The notes under the pieces are model-generated. The model was not told the DNA's origin. It did not search any database and worked only from the letters and a program-made list of their open reading frames with translations. Below, in pieces: positions 13,055-25,657 of a DNA stretch of 64,000 bases. This DNA comes from Octopus sinensis (taxonomy: Eukaryota). Positions within the stretch are counted from its first letter, which is position 1; the number at the start of each line of letters is the position of its first letter. The stretch spans positions 165,416,001 through 165,480,000 of the forward strand of contig NC_042997.1 in the NCBI RefSeq assembly GCF_006345805.1, read 5' to 3'. The position numbers and the translations under genes were made by a program.

Positions 13055-13432
13055 GCTTACTAATCGGTCCATCATGCCCGTTTGATTCCTGGATCATAAA
13101 GAAAGAGGAAGAAAAACAAAAGAAATACAATGTCTTAAAATTTGAAATATGAAGAATCTGGAGCTTGAAAACAGTAAAGGTCGTTCCTATAATGACTGAT
13201 GCATTGGGAACAGTAAGCTAAGATATAGACAAATGGCTGAAGAAGATTGGAATAGAATGCCCGGTAGAGCTCCTACAGAAAGTTTGTCTCTTAGGGACAG
13301 CAAGGGTTATTAGGAGGGTTCTAAGCACTTGAAAGACTGCTGAAAACTTGTTGATTCCTAAGGTTACAAGTAGTAACACACTACCCACATAAATCCTACC
13401 AGGAATAAGACCAAACCTGAGACAAACCAAAA
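13055..13432 (+). mobile_element. R4/Dong LINE 3' end fragment
   Basis: KEEEKQKKY..LKFEI.RIW..VVPI...ALG and LLQKVCLLGTARVIRRVL*, then 3' UTR followed by (AAT/AAC)n. Confidence 0.8.
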
Positions 13433-13454
13433 TAATAACAACAACAATAATAAA

Positions 13455-15065
13455 AACTGCTGATAAATGGTATAAGCACAAAACTGAGGCTGCAAGTAAA
13501 TGAGAAAAATGTGACGATTCTTTGAGTCTTTCCAGTACATACAGACCGGACCATCAAAGCTAATAAACCGGATATTTTCTGCATGGCGCTGAAGCCTTTA
13601 GCTGACATGCTATGCAGAACCGAATGTGGATACAACTGCTACGATAAAAAAAAATCAACCATCTCTTGTATATGGATGATCTAAGAGTGTATGCTGCAAA
13701 TAATAAACAAATGGAAACATTGCCACAGACGGTGCATTGATTTACCAAAGAACTAAATATGAAATTCGGCTTAGAAAAATGTGCCAAAGCAACCTTTTAA
13801 AAGGAAAACTAGTTAAAAGTAATAATATCCCACTAGAAAAAGAAAATGAAATAAGAGAATTAGACCAAACCCAGACATACAAATACTTAGGAATCAATAA
13901 ACTAGATACGGTACAACACACACAAATAAAAGAAAAGATAAGGAAGGAATGCTATAGATGAGTAAGATTAATACTCAAAAAGAGCTCGATGCAAAAAACA
14001 AGATAGTAGGTATCAATACTCCTGTTGTACCAGTCTTAAGTTACAGTTATAATGTTCTTAATTGGACTTAGATGAACTAGCCAAACTAGACAGGAAAACA
14101 ATAAAAAATAATTTAGGATACGTCACCGAAAATTTGACAAAGAAAAGTTATATATCAACGAATTGAAGGCCTTATACAACTAGAAAACTCCTATGAAATA
14201 AGAGACATTGGTTTATAGAAATATCTAACTCAGAACCAAGGAAAACTGGTACAAATAGCGTCAAAACATGAACAAAACAAAAAACTGTTTTCTGTCTTTA
14301 AGGAAGCCGAAAAATGCAAGAAAGAGGTCATAGTTCCAGACAACTATGAAGAAAAAGAAGAAACATCAAAAGCTGTAAATCAACTGAAATCTAAACTAAA
14401 ACTGGAACAACAAAATACCATGGTAAAACGATGGCAAGAAAAGCCCTTCCATAGCAAATACTGGGATAAGCTAAAGAGAAAAGAAATAAAATGCCAATAA
14501 TGGTTGAAAAACTCAGAACTCAAAAGAGAGACTGAAAGATTTTCAAGTACGGCACAAGATCAAAGCATCCCCACCAGAAACCACCAGAATCATATAATGA
14601 AGAAAAATGCAATAAGTAACATCAGAATATGTGATAATTGGGAAGAAACAATAAATCATATTTTCTCTGGCTGCCCAGTCCTGGCTAAGAAGGAATACAT
14701 CCGTAGATATGTCAGAGTTAGGACCTATATACACTGGAAGCTAAGCTAACACTATGGAATGGCAACGGAAAAAAGATGGTATAGGCGTATCTCAGAATAA
14801 GTCTCAGAAAATGACAAAGAATACTCTGGGATATGCCAATACACACACATAGAGAGATCACGGCTAATAGACTGGATATAGTTGTCAGAGATCATCAAGA
14901 AAAATGCCTTCAAATCAACATATCAACATATCAGTCCCAACAGATGACAAGGTATCTCTAAAAGAAACGCTCAAAATACAAAGATCTGGAAACAGAGATG
15001 ACCCGAATGTGGGGCCTAAAAATTGAAACTATCTCGATAATAATAGGTGCATTAAGTGTGATTAA
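13455..15065 (+). mobile_element. R4/Dong LINE, decayed RT to RLE region
   Basis: HLLYMDDLRVY, KFGLEKCAK, YKYLG, CCHC-like C..C...ETINHIFSGC, ANR.DIV. Confidence 0.85.
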
Positions 15066-15067
15066 GT

Positions 15068-17566
15068 GTACCTTCGGTATGTGCTGTGGTTTTCTGTGAT
15101 GCTCTTATTGTATTGCTGTATTGAAAGTGTTTTGCGTAGGATGTGTGCAGTGCCCAGTAATGCAATTTTCCGTGTTATATATATTTGTAAGTCCTGGTGT
15201 TTTTGTTATGTATTTGTCTGAATATTTTTTTATCATACTTAATGCGCCTACTATCATAGGAATTGTTTCTGTTTTTAGATTCCACATCCGAGTTACCTCT
15301 ATTTCCAGGTCTTTGTATTTTGAAAGTTTCTCCATTTCTTTTAGAGAAACGTTGTCATCTGCTGGTATTGATACATTGATTAGAAAGCATTTTTTTTCTT
15401 CATGGTCTCTGACAACTATATCTGGCCTATTGGCCTTAATTTCTCTATTTGTGTGTATTGGCATTTCCCAGAGTATGGTTGTTTTCTCGTTTTCTGTGAC
15501 CTTTTCTGGTGTGTGCCTATACCATCCTTTTTCTGTTGTTATTCCATAGTGTTGGCATAGCTTCCAGTGTATTAGGGTCCCCACTCTGTCGTGTCTGTGA
15601 ATATATTCCTTTTTAGCCAGGACTGGGCAGCCAGAGATAATATGATTTATTGTTTCTTGTCCATCTCCACATATTCTGCAGTTACTTATGGTTCTTTACA
15701 TTACATGTTTTTGGGAATTTCTGATGGGGAGGCTTTGGTTTGTGCTGCAATTAAAAATCCCTTCGTCTCTGCTTTGAGTCCTGAGCTTCTCAACCATTGC
15801 TGGGATTTTTTCTGTCTATTTCTTCTGCATTTAGTTTAGTCCAGTATTTGCCATGAAGGGGCTTTTTTTTGCCATCGTTCTATCATGGTCCGTTGCTGTT
15901 TTAGTTTGGATTTCATTTGTTTTATAACTTTTGTTTCTTCTTCTTCTTCTTCTTCTTCTTCTTCTTCTTCTTCTTTTCTTCTTCTTCTTCTTCTTCTTCT
16001 TCTTCTTCTTCTTCTTTTCTTCTTCTTCTTCTTCTTCTTCTTCATATTTGTTAGGTAGCATGATTTCTTGTTTGTATTTGTCAGCCTCCTTAAAGACTGA
16101 GAACAGTTTTTTGTTTTGCTCGTATTTTGCCGCTATTTGTATCTGTTTTCCTTGCTTCTGAAGTAGGTATTTTTGCAGTCCTATGGTGGTTATTTTATAA
16201 TAGTTTTCCAGCTGTATAAGGCCTCTACCACCTTCTATACGTTGTATATATATAGCCTTTCTATGTCAGATTTTGGGTGGTGCTTCCTAGATCCTGTCAT
16301 TATTTTTCTTGTTTTCATGTCTATTTTGGTTAGTTCATTTAGTGTCCAGTTAGCTGTAACTTATAACTGGGACGGCTAAAGTGTTAATACCTATTATCTT
16401 GTTTTTAGCATTGAGCTCTGTTTTTAGTATTGATCGAACTCGTCTACAGTATTCTTTCTTTATTTTCTTTTTCATTTGTGTGTGTTGTATCATATCTAGT
16501 TCCTGGATCCCTAAATAGTTGTATGTCTGGGTTTGATCTAATTCTCTTATTTCATTGGCTTTATCTAGTGTGATGTTGCTACTCTTAACTAGTTTTCCTC
16601 TTTTCAGGGTTGCTTTGGCGCATTTTTCTAATCCAAATTTCATATCTATTTCTTTGGTAAATCCATGTACTGTTTGTAGTAGTGTTTCCAGCTGTTTGTC
16701 ATTTGTAGCGTATAGTTTTATGTCATCCATATAAAAGAGGTGGCTGATTGTTTTGCCGTAACATTTGTATCCGCATCCAGTTCTATTTAGCATATCAGAT
16801 AGAGGTGTCAGTGCCAAGCAGAAAAGGAGTGGAGAGAGCGTGTCTCCCTGGAATATTCCTCTTCTAATGGGGATGGCTTTGGTTTTCACGAGTCCCTCTT
16901 TTGTTTGGAGTTGTAGCACTGTCTGCCATTTATTCATAGAGTTTCATGTGTTTTATAATTATTGCTGCTACCTTGTTAATGGCTATTGTTTCGAGGATCC
17001 ATGTGTGGGGGATGCTATCAAAAGCCTTTCGGTAGTCGATCCAGGCCATACTGAGGCCTTTCTTCTTTCTGCGGCTGTCTTCAGTTATGGCTTTATTGAT
17101 CATTAGTTGATCTTTACAGCCATATGAGCCCTTGCAGCATCCCTTCTGCTCTTCTGGAAACAGGTTGTTTTCTTCCAGATGCTTGTTCAATCTTTGCGAT
17201 ATTACTACAGTAAAGGCTTTTCACATTGTAGGGAGACAGGTTATAGGTCTGTAATTTTGTGGTTTTGCCGTTTCATTGGATTTGGGAGTTAGGAAAGTTT
17301 TCCCTTTCGTGAGCCATTCAGGCATTGTCTCTGACTCTGCCAGTATGTCGTTAAAGTTTTCAGCCAGCTTTTTGTGCATTCCAATCAGATATTTTAACCA
17401 GAAGTTGGGGATTTTGTCGTGCCCAGGTGCCTTCCAGTTGCTTAGTCTTTGCAGTGCCTGGATGACCTCTTCAGTTGTTATAGGGTCCAGAGTTGCTCAG
17501 GTACTAAGTTTTAATAGTTGTTTTAATAGTCCTTTTCTGTGGTTGTTCATTCGCCGACCATATTTC

Positions 17567-17568
<2 letters not shown>
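15068..17568 (-). mobile_element. R4/Dong LINE, 5'-truncated, better preserved
   Basis: WKAPG.D, EQKGC, WIDYRKAFDSIPH, RGIFQGDTLSPLLF, YMDDIKLY, KANRPDIVV, KYKDL, GALS. Contains an internal (GAA)n expansion. Confidence 0.93.
15935..16044. repeat. (TTC)n microsatellite inside the LINE ORF
   Basis: Directly visible. Confidence 0.97.
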
Positions 17569-17622
<54 letters not shown>

Positions 17623-17840
17623 CATCATCATCATCATCATCATCACCATCATCATCATCATTATTATTCGTTAGCACCCTGGGCGAAATGCTACGTTCTG
17701 AGATCAAATTCCGCCGAGGTCAACTTTGCCTTTCATCCTTCTGGAGTTTGATAAATTAAGTACGATTAAAACACTGAGATCGATGTAATCGACTATCCAC
17801 ATCCCTTACAATTTTAGACCTTGTGCCTATAGTAGAAAGG

Positions 17841-17894
<54 letters not shown>

Positions 17895-17921
17895 GATGTT
17901 GTTGTTATTATTATTATTATT

Positions 17922-20456
17922 CTATGTTTGACTTTTGCTTTATATTTGTACAAGTTGGCTCCAAGTCTCACCCAGAGACCTCAAGAGACAACAGGGTTGG
18001 AAGTTCATGTTGTTGTTATGCCTAGTGTGCCATATATTTGGGGGGTGGGGATGTTGTACTAATGAATGTCTAAAAAAAAAAAGTTTTCTTTTTTTTTTTT
18101 TTTTTTTTAAACCGAAAATTATGGTTGTTTTAAACCTTGAGGTTACATAGAGAGTATTTTGCGTAGGATATGAGCAGTTCCCATGAGCACTATCTTTTGA
18201 ACTTCTGCCATTTTTGCGTTTCCTGGTATCTGAGTTAGGTAGCTATCAGCCCCTTTTGCTATCATTCCCAGGGCACCTATGACAACAGGTATTGTTTTAG
18301 TCTTCAGCTTCCACATTTTGCTGATTTCTATTTCAAGATCTTTATATTTGCTCAGTTTTTGGTAGGTCCTGACAGATACGTTTATATCGATTGGGACAGT
18401 CATATCAATGAGGAGGCATGTTCTTTGTTTGAAGTCTTTCAATATGATGTCTGGCCTATTTGCGTCTATCTTCCTGTCAGTTTGAATGGTGAAGTTCCAG
18501 AGGAGTGAGATGTGGTCATTTTCAAGCACTGGGGGTGGTTTGTGTTCCCACCAGTTTTTTCATGGGGCAAATCCAGGTTTTTACAGATTACCAGTGAATA
18601 TATTGTGCAGCTCTATCGTGCCTGTTGAGATACTCTGTAGGCGCTAGAAGACTGCACTTGGAGACCACATGGTCAATGGTTTCATTTTGTTGCTTGCATA
18701 CACGACACGACCGTTGGACTGCTTCTGATCTTTAATATGTTGGCCTGGTAGTTTCTTGTTGGTAGGCATTGATCTTGAGCTGCTATGATAAACCCCCTCT
18801 GTTTCAGATTTTAAGCCAGAGGCCATTAGCCATTGATGGGTCAGGGCTTTGTCGATATCTGCATTATTCGCTCTCTTTGGGTATTTGCCATAGAGAGGTT
18901 TTTCTTGCCATTTATTATTCAGAATATCTAAGGCCGCAGTTTTGGCACGGGTTTTCATGCGCCTAGCTTTTTCTGTGCTTGTTTCTTGTATGTCTATCTC
19001 TAATTCCGAAATTGGTTGTATTCGGAATTCACTTAGATATTCCTTTGCCTGTTTTGTGACTGAGTATGATGCTTTCTTGTTTTCATGTTTTGAGACAAGT
19101 TTTAACATCCAGTCCTCAGAGTTTTTCAGGTAGGTGTCTAGGCCAATTGTAGCAATCTTCATTGTTATTGCCAGTTGCAAAAGACCACGGCCCCTCCCTC
19201 TTTTCTTGGCAGATAGAGTCGTTCTGTATCTGCCTTAGGGTGGTGCATTCTATGCATTGTCAACAGTTTCCTTATTTTTCTGTCGAGCTGACATATTTCA
19301 GTAATTGACCAGTTAACAATATTGAAACTGTAAGTCACGACTGGTATAGCTAATGCATTGATTGCTTCGATCCTGTTTCTTGCATTCAGCTCTGTCTTGA
19401 GTATTGCTCTCACTCTTCGCTCTCATAGATAGCATTCTCTCCTGATCCTTTCTTCATCTCTGAATGCCTTATTCCGTTCCCTTCAATTACCCCTAGGTAC
19501 TTGTAGCTCTCCGCTGGGTCTAGTTCTTTTATGACATTCTGTTGGTCAAGCTTAACGTTAGATGTTTCTGTCATTTTTCCTTTGATAAAGGTAGCCTTTG
19601 CACATTTATCGAGGCCGAATTGCATTCTGATGTCGTCACTGAATTGTTTGACTATCGCTAGTAAGCCCTTGAGTTGTTGATATTTTTTGCAAAAAGCTTT
19701 AAATCATCCATGTAAACGAGATGATTTATATTTTATCAAACATTTATACCCGTACTGCGCGTCATTGAGCAGCTTTGAGAGAGGTATTAAGGATAAACAA
19801 AAGAGGAGTGGTGACAGTGAGTCACCCTGGAAAATGCCACACGAAATTTTTACATCACCAGCATTTAGGGATTCACTGTCACTGTTCAGAGTTAGTGTGG
19901 TTCTCCATGATCTCATACTTACAGTCAAGAAGTTTCGCAGAGTTGGTGCTATCTTATACATTTCAAGGCATTTCCTAATCCAGCTATGTGGTAGGCTATC
20001 AAAAGCCTTTTTATAGTCTATCCAGGCTATTGATAAGTTTTTGTGTCGTTTGTGACAATCTTCTAAGATCATCTTATTGATGAGTAGTTGGTCTTTACAG
20101 CCGTAGGATCCACGTTTACATCCTTTCTGTTCATTAGGGTATGCTGCTGTCTGTTAAAAAACTATAGGTATATTCCGTCAGGACAGATGTTAGTGTTTTG
20201 TACATAGTTGTTAAGCAGGTTATGGGTCTATAGTTTTTTGGTTCATTTGTTTCTTCACTTTTTGGAAGCAGGAATGTTAACCCATTAACTAGCCAAGGAG
20301 GCATCCTACTAGGGTGTTGCAAAACATCATTGTACAGTTCTGTTAGCAGTTTATTGCAAAACATCATTGTACAGTTCTGTTAGCAGTTGTTGCAAAACAT
20401 CATTGTACAGTTCTGTTAGCAGTTGTTGCAAAACATCATTGTACAGTTCTGTTAGC
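17922..20456 (-). mobile_element. R4/Dong LINE family 2, 5'-truncated, young
   Basis: [53 protein letters not shown]. Stop at 18143, 3' UTR 17922-18142, (TAA)n tracts on both sides. Confidence 0.93.
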
Positions 20457-20513
<57 letters not shown>

Positions 20514-20526
20514 CATTATTATTATT

Positions 20527-21127
20527 CTATGTTTGACTTTTGCTTTATATTTGTACAAGTTGGCTCCAAGTCTCACCCAGAGACCTCAAGAGACAACAGG
20601 TTGGAAGTTTGTGTTGTTGTTATGCCTAGTGTGCCATATATTTGGTTTTGTATTTAGTGTTGTACTAGTGAATGTCTAAAAAAAAACGAAAATTATGTTT
20701 GTTTTAAAACTTGAGATTACATAGAAAGTATTTTGCGTAGGATATGAGCAGTTCCCATGAGCACTATCTTTTGAATTTCTGCCATTTTGGGGTTTCCTGG
20801 TATCTGAGTTAAGTAGCGATCAGCCCCTTTTGCTATCATTCCCAGGGCACCTACGACAACAGGTATTCTTTTAGTCTTCAGGTTCCACATTTTGCTGATT
20901 TCTATTTCAAGATCTTTATATTTGCTCAGTTTTTGGTAGGTCTTGACAGATACGTTTATATCGATTGGGACAGTCATATCAATGAGGAGGCATGTTCTTT
21001 GTTTGAAGTCTTTCAATATGATGTCTGGCCTATTTGCATCTATCTTTCTGTCAGTTTGAATGGGGAAGTTCCAGAGGAGTGAGATGTGGTCATTTTCAAG
21101 CACTGGAGTGGTTTGTGTTCCCACCAG

Positions 21128-21131
<4 letters not shown>
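20527..21131 (-). mobile_element. Short 3' copy of the same Dong family 2 element
   Basis: Near-identical 3' UTR and RLE-domain ORF (20717-21124) to about 17922-18558; flanked by (TAA)n. Confidence 0.92.
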
Positions 21132-21186
<55 letters not shown>

Positions 21187-21269
21187 TATTATTATTATTA
21201 TATATATTATTATTATTATATATTATCATTATTATTATATTATTATATTATTATTATTATTAATTATTA

Positions 21270-21300
<31 letters not shown>

Positions 21301-21334
21301 TATTATTATCATTATTATTATCATTATTATTGCA

Positions 21335-21700
21335 TTATTGCACAGCTTCTAACACTGGAGATATACTACGGTGTCAGCTGTTCACTGACAGTGAACTGAA
21401 GTAACACCTCTTATTTTTCGAGCACTTTCCGGAGTATTCGAGCAGTTCCACTCAGTGCTGTTTTCTGAAAGTGTTCCACCCTTATTGCAGCCCCTATTTG
21501 TCCCACGTACATCTTGAGATTTTTGCTCACTGTTCCCAGGGCTCCGACAATTATTGGTACTATCGCTACCATTTTCATCGACCAAAACTGCTTATCTTCC
21601 CAAGCTAACCTGTCATATCTCTCGACTTTTCTTTCTTCCTTATCGCATACTTTGTTGTCAGCTGAGTATGATATATCTATGATACAGCATAGCTTGTTTT
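21335..21700 (-). mobile_element. R4/Dong LINE family 3, 3' fragment
   Basis: Minus-strand IIDISYSAD..V..KEERKVERY..L, VPIIVGALG, LLSGTARILRKVLE-like text; lies in (TAA)n. Confidence 0.75.
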
Positions 21701-21704
21701 TATA

Positions 21705-21752
<48 letters not shown>

Positions 21753-21812
21753 TTATTATTATATGCCCTGATGCAGTACCAAGCAGTGGCTCTCATAATA
21801 ATAATAATAATA

Positions 21813-21884
<72 letters not shown>

Positions 21885-23410
21885 TTCATCATTATTATTA
21901 TCATCATCATTAGCAAAATATAAAATAACCTGCAGCAACAACACTTCAACGTTTGCTACTAAATGAGCTGCTTTTATATTCACCTTTACAGCCACGCTTT
22001 TCAGAAAGTGCGTTCTCCTGATAAGGACATGCTTTCTTAGACCCACTGGATTAAGATTAATTCGTGGATTCATTTCACCAGCTTATCTCCCAGTGGCTAT
22101 TTCTGTATGCGATTAGCGATTAGTTTGATTAAAAAGAAGAAAGACTTACAACCAACATTGCCAATCACTGGGAATATATATATTCGTTAGCGGGAAACAC
22201 GTTATATTTAGCCAATTAAAAACTAATAGGCTGTGGCATTTTACTCTTATCGTATTAATGCGGATCAAGGCATAGACTATATAAATCGAGCCGAATCGTA
22301 TTTGCTTCAAAATTCCATTACATTTTGGAGTATTTGTTGGCAAGTGAAAGAGAACAAAAAACATCAATAAGCTCGTAAGTATATTTAACTATTGTAATTC
22401 TGGCAGCAAACATTGCATAGCATATACCGATACGAAAAACCAACGTTCAGTATTTTTAGCTTTTACGTTGCTTAAAAATTTGCTCACCTTTCTACAAACA
22501 TAGCATTTAGCTATAAACAACATTCGCAATTGATACTATATGATAATGACTATTTATTAAATTGTAAACTATTTATCTCATGTAAAATACTGCAAAATCC
22601 ATGAAGATTTCCGGTTTTTCTCAAAATGGAAAAAAAATGCCTAAAAATCTTTAAATTATTTTAACGGTGAAAAGTCACTTTTGTAAAGATAAAATCTATT
22701 GATGTATCTACTAATGTTAGATGTTGGATGTTATATGAATAGTGAATCCTTTATTCCATTAGGCCATAGGAACATCAAAGATCCTCTACGCGATCACTCG
22801 ACTTGTAAGAAATAGTAGCCAGATCACCCCTACAGCACACCTTTCAAACTAAAATTCTTGATGTACGAAACAATAAGATCTTGGATGGAATGCTTTGCTT
22901 ATAGGTCTACTCGGTGAATGGTGACCGGGAGCTAAACAGTAGCAAGTACAAAAACACCCACAGTCTTTCTGAGCGACATTACTTGCCTGTTAAGACCCTC
23001 CTTCTTCAAGATACCTTAAAAGATTAGCCGAACTCTGTGCTGCAAGCAAACAAGCCACTTGTCAATTTTATAGCGCTAACTTTGAAGCAGTCAGTAACCC
23101 CTAATCTATGCGACCTATCAACAGCTAGTTTTGACTTTAAAGCACTTTAAAGTTTTAAAGTGCTTTAACCACGGGTACAACAATGTGCCTTTAATAGGAT
23201 GCAAACCAGAGGCTTGTCGGTTAGTCATTCTATATGTTTATCTATCTATTCGGCCAACCACTGCCTTCTCGTCTCACTTTTCGAATGATGACGCTAAAGA
23301 AAAGATGGAAATAAGTAACAAACATCGTTGCTGTTGTTTAGGCTTAAGTTAGCCCTATGATCAATGCTCCATTCTGCTCTTTATTCACTGTGTTATCTAG
23401 AATTATATGA

Positions 23411-23690
23411 GGGCGCGTGGCCTAGAGGTCGCGATGTTGTACGCGAGATCATGGGTTCGATTCTCGAATCAGGTGTGTTGTGTTTTTGAACAAAGCACTT
23501 CATTATATGTTTCTCTGCAATCATTTCGACATCTGACGTGTGACACGCCTATACAGGCAATGTCGATTTGAAGAACAGAGTGAACTTATGTGCAACACTA
23601 AAGTCTAATCACTATAAACAAATCATTTGTGTGCAGGTTGTTCAGCAAAAAATTGCAGAACCATCTTTCTCGTATTCGGTGGCCTACCAT
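23411..23690 (+). mobile_element. tRNA-derived SINE, second family
   Basis: A/B boxes (GGCCTAGAGG, GGTTCGATTC) then GTGTTTTTGAACAAAGCACTT; related to 60345-60665(-). Confidence 0.65.
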
Positions 23691-24714
23691 ATTTAGACTT
23701 ACACTATTCGTTGTATCTATTTTTTCTAAATGTTATGGACATGTATGGTGGTAGATTTGGCTATTATTTCTGGTAGGTTGAAGAACGTATTTGCAGTTTG
23801 TTTGACCCAAGTGAACCTGAAAATCATTTTAATGGTCCAGCTTTTAACTTCCATATATACTTCAAATTAATCTTGTATTCCACACTGATTCTTAAAATAA
23901 TGAACACAGTTGCCTCGAAGAGATTAAAGAAAACTTTTATCTATTGAACACTATAAATGCTTAATCTAAAGTTATCCCGCATTACTGGGAAAAATTAGTA
24001 TCAAATATTAGGCTTATTAGTTTCTTGCTGATATTCTGATTAACGAATTATCATCGGGGATTAAAAGAAATTTTACTTGTTAATCTACTAACATTTACTT
24101 ACATATTTACACATTATGGATGTGTCTGTGTGTACGTGTGTGCGCGCGCTGTATTTGTATACGTGTAAAGATTTTGGATTATATGCAGATTTTCGACTCT
24201 AATCCTAGCATTAATGCTGTATTAGTGAAATTCATATAGAGTGACTGTTCTGATCGAATTCAAACAACGTGAGCATTGATATTACATAAAAAGATAACCT
24301 TCGGTTCACATTTATGTGGAAGGCTTTATAATGTTTATGTTTTAGTAATATTAATAAAGTGAAATTATTATAAATAGATTGCAGAAAAGTTTAGTCTTTG
24401 ATTGCTGGTCTAACACTACCCTGTGGTCCTTGGGTATTTTTGACAGTCTTTCCTCTATTGCAGACAATTGGGTTGTGTCTCTGGCCCGAGGATATCTCCC
24501 TCCAACCACTAAGACTCCGAAAAGAGCAATGGGCGCTACTTTCCCGCCTTTGATTAAACCATAAAATAACTTGTTGAAAAATATCAGATTGGCATAACTT
24601 ATGTTTATCTTACAACTGAAGTGGTAAATACGAGGTGTAGATGAAGTATAACTGTTCTGACTGGGAATAAAACTAAGCTATCACTCATAATAATAGCCTT
24701 GCACGAAATCCAGT

Positions 24715-24868
24715 GAGTCATTAATCTTAAATGCCAATTAGTTTAATGCACTTTAGGATAGCAGTCCCTATCGTGTGGGTCATAAAAGTAGCATCGACTG
24801 AGGTGTGCGAGTTGTGCGGTCACTTATATACGAATGGTTCGTATATAAGTGACTGTTATAAGGTACGT
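24715..24868 (+). promoter_or_regulatory. Candidate RALBP promoter and non-coding first exon
   Basis: TAATC and CCAAT motifs at about 24722-24740, TATA-like CATAAAAG at 24781, Inr-like CGAGTT at about 24808, donor AAG|GTACGT at 24862/24863. Coding exon 1 has an acceptor 3 nt before its ATG, so an upstream exon is expected. Confidence 0.4.
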
Positions 24869-25620
24869 TATGTTTAAGGAAAGGACGGTCAACCCCCATG
24901 CTACGACATTGCATCAGAACCCATATTGGGTCGCAGTAATATTCTGAAAAGATCAACACAATCTTATTTTTGAAATATTTGGTAAGATCTAAAATGTAAG
25001 GGAATATATTACACATTAAGTCATAGATGCGAGGGCTGCAACACAATGACAGTTACTGTAATAAGCAAAAACTAAGGAATATTTCACTAAGAAAAGTATC
25101 AAATGCTAATGTACTAAACTTCTGCTAACTTATTAAACATCTGAAATCACAGAGTTAATCGGAGACATGTGTTGAGGGTGAGACAATTACATCGTGGAAA
25201 AGCCATTTCCGCGATTTATGATATAAAAGTTATTAAATTTTCTGTCAATTTATTTCTTAGAATATTAATAGTGTTATAAAACAGACCTAGTAGCAATTCT
25301 GCAACGAAGTCTGACACCTCAAGAAATAATTTTAAAATGAATTTAATAGTTGTTTTAATGCTACTAATTGTAATTAATATATTATAATTAACAAACCTGT
25401 CCTCTTCTTCACTATATTATTTTACTGGAAGTTGCGGCGCATTGAAGTTAAAAGAGCTTGTCTTTGTTTGAGGGCTGAATGACTATTGGGTACCATAACA
25501 ATCTTTATAGATTTTGCGCTGGAATTATTTGAATTCATTAATACCAAACAACGAAGTAATTTTGCTTCGAATAATAATCGACACTAGTTTACAACCAGGT
25601 GGACTGAACCTACGCGAGTT

Positions 25621-25657
<37 letters not shown>

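Noticed and set aside
20317-20456. 36-bp repeats superficially like a CRISPR array
   Set aside because: No spacers; the unit is LINE coding sequence in a eukaryotic context.
24826-24846. TATACGAA/TTCGTATA similarity to loxP arms
   Set aside because: The arms are in the opposite order with a 3-nt spacer; coincidental.
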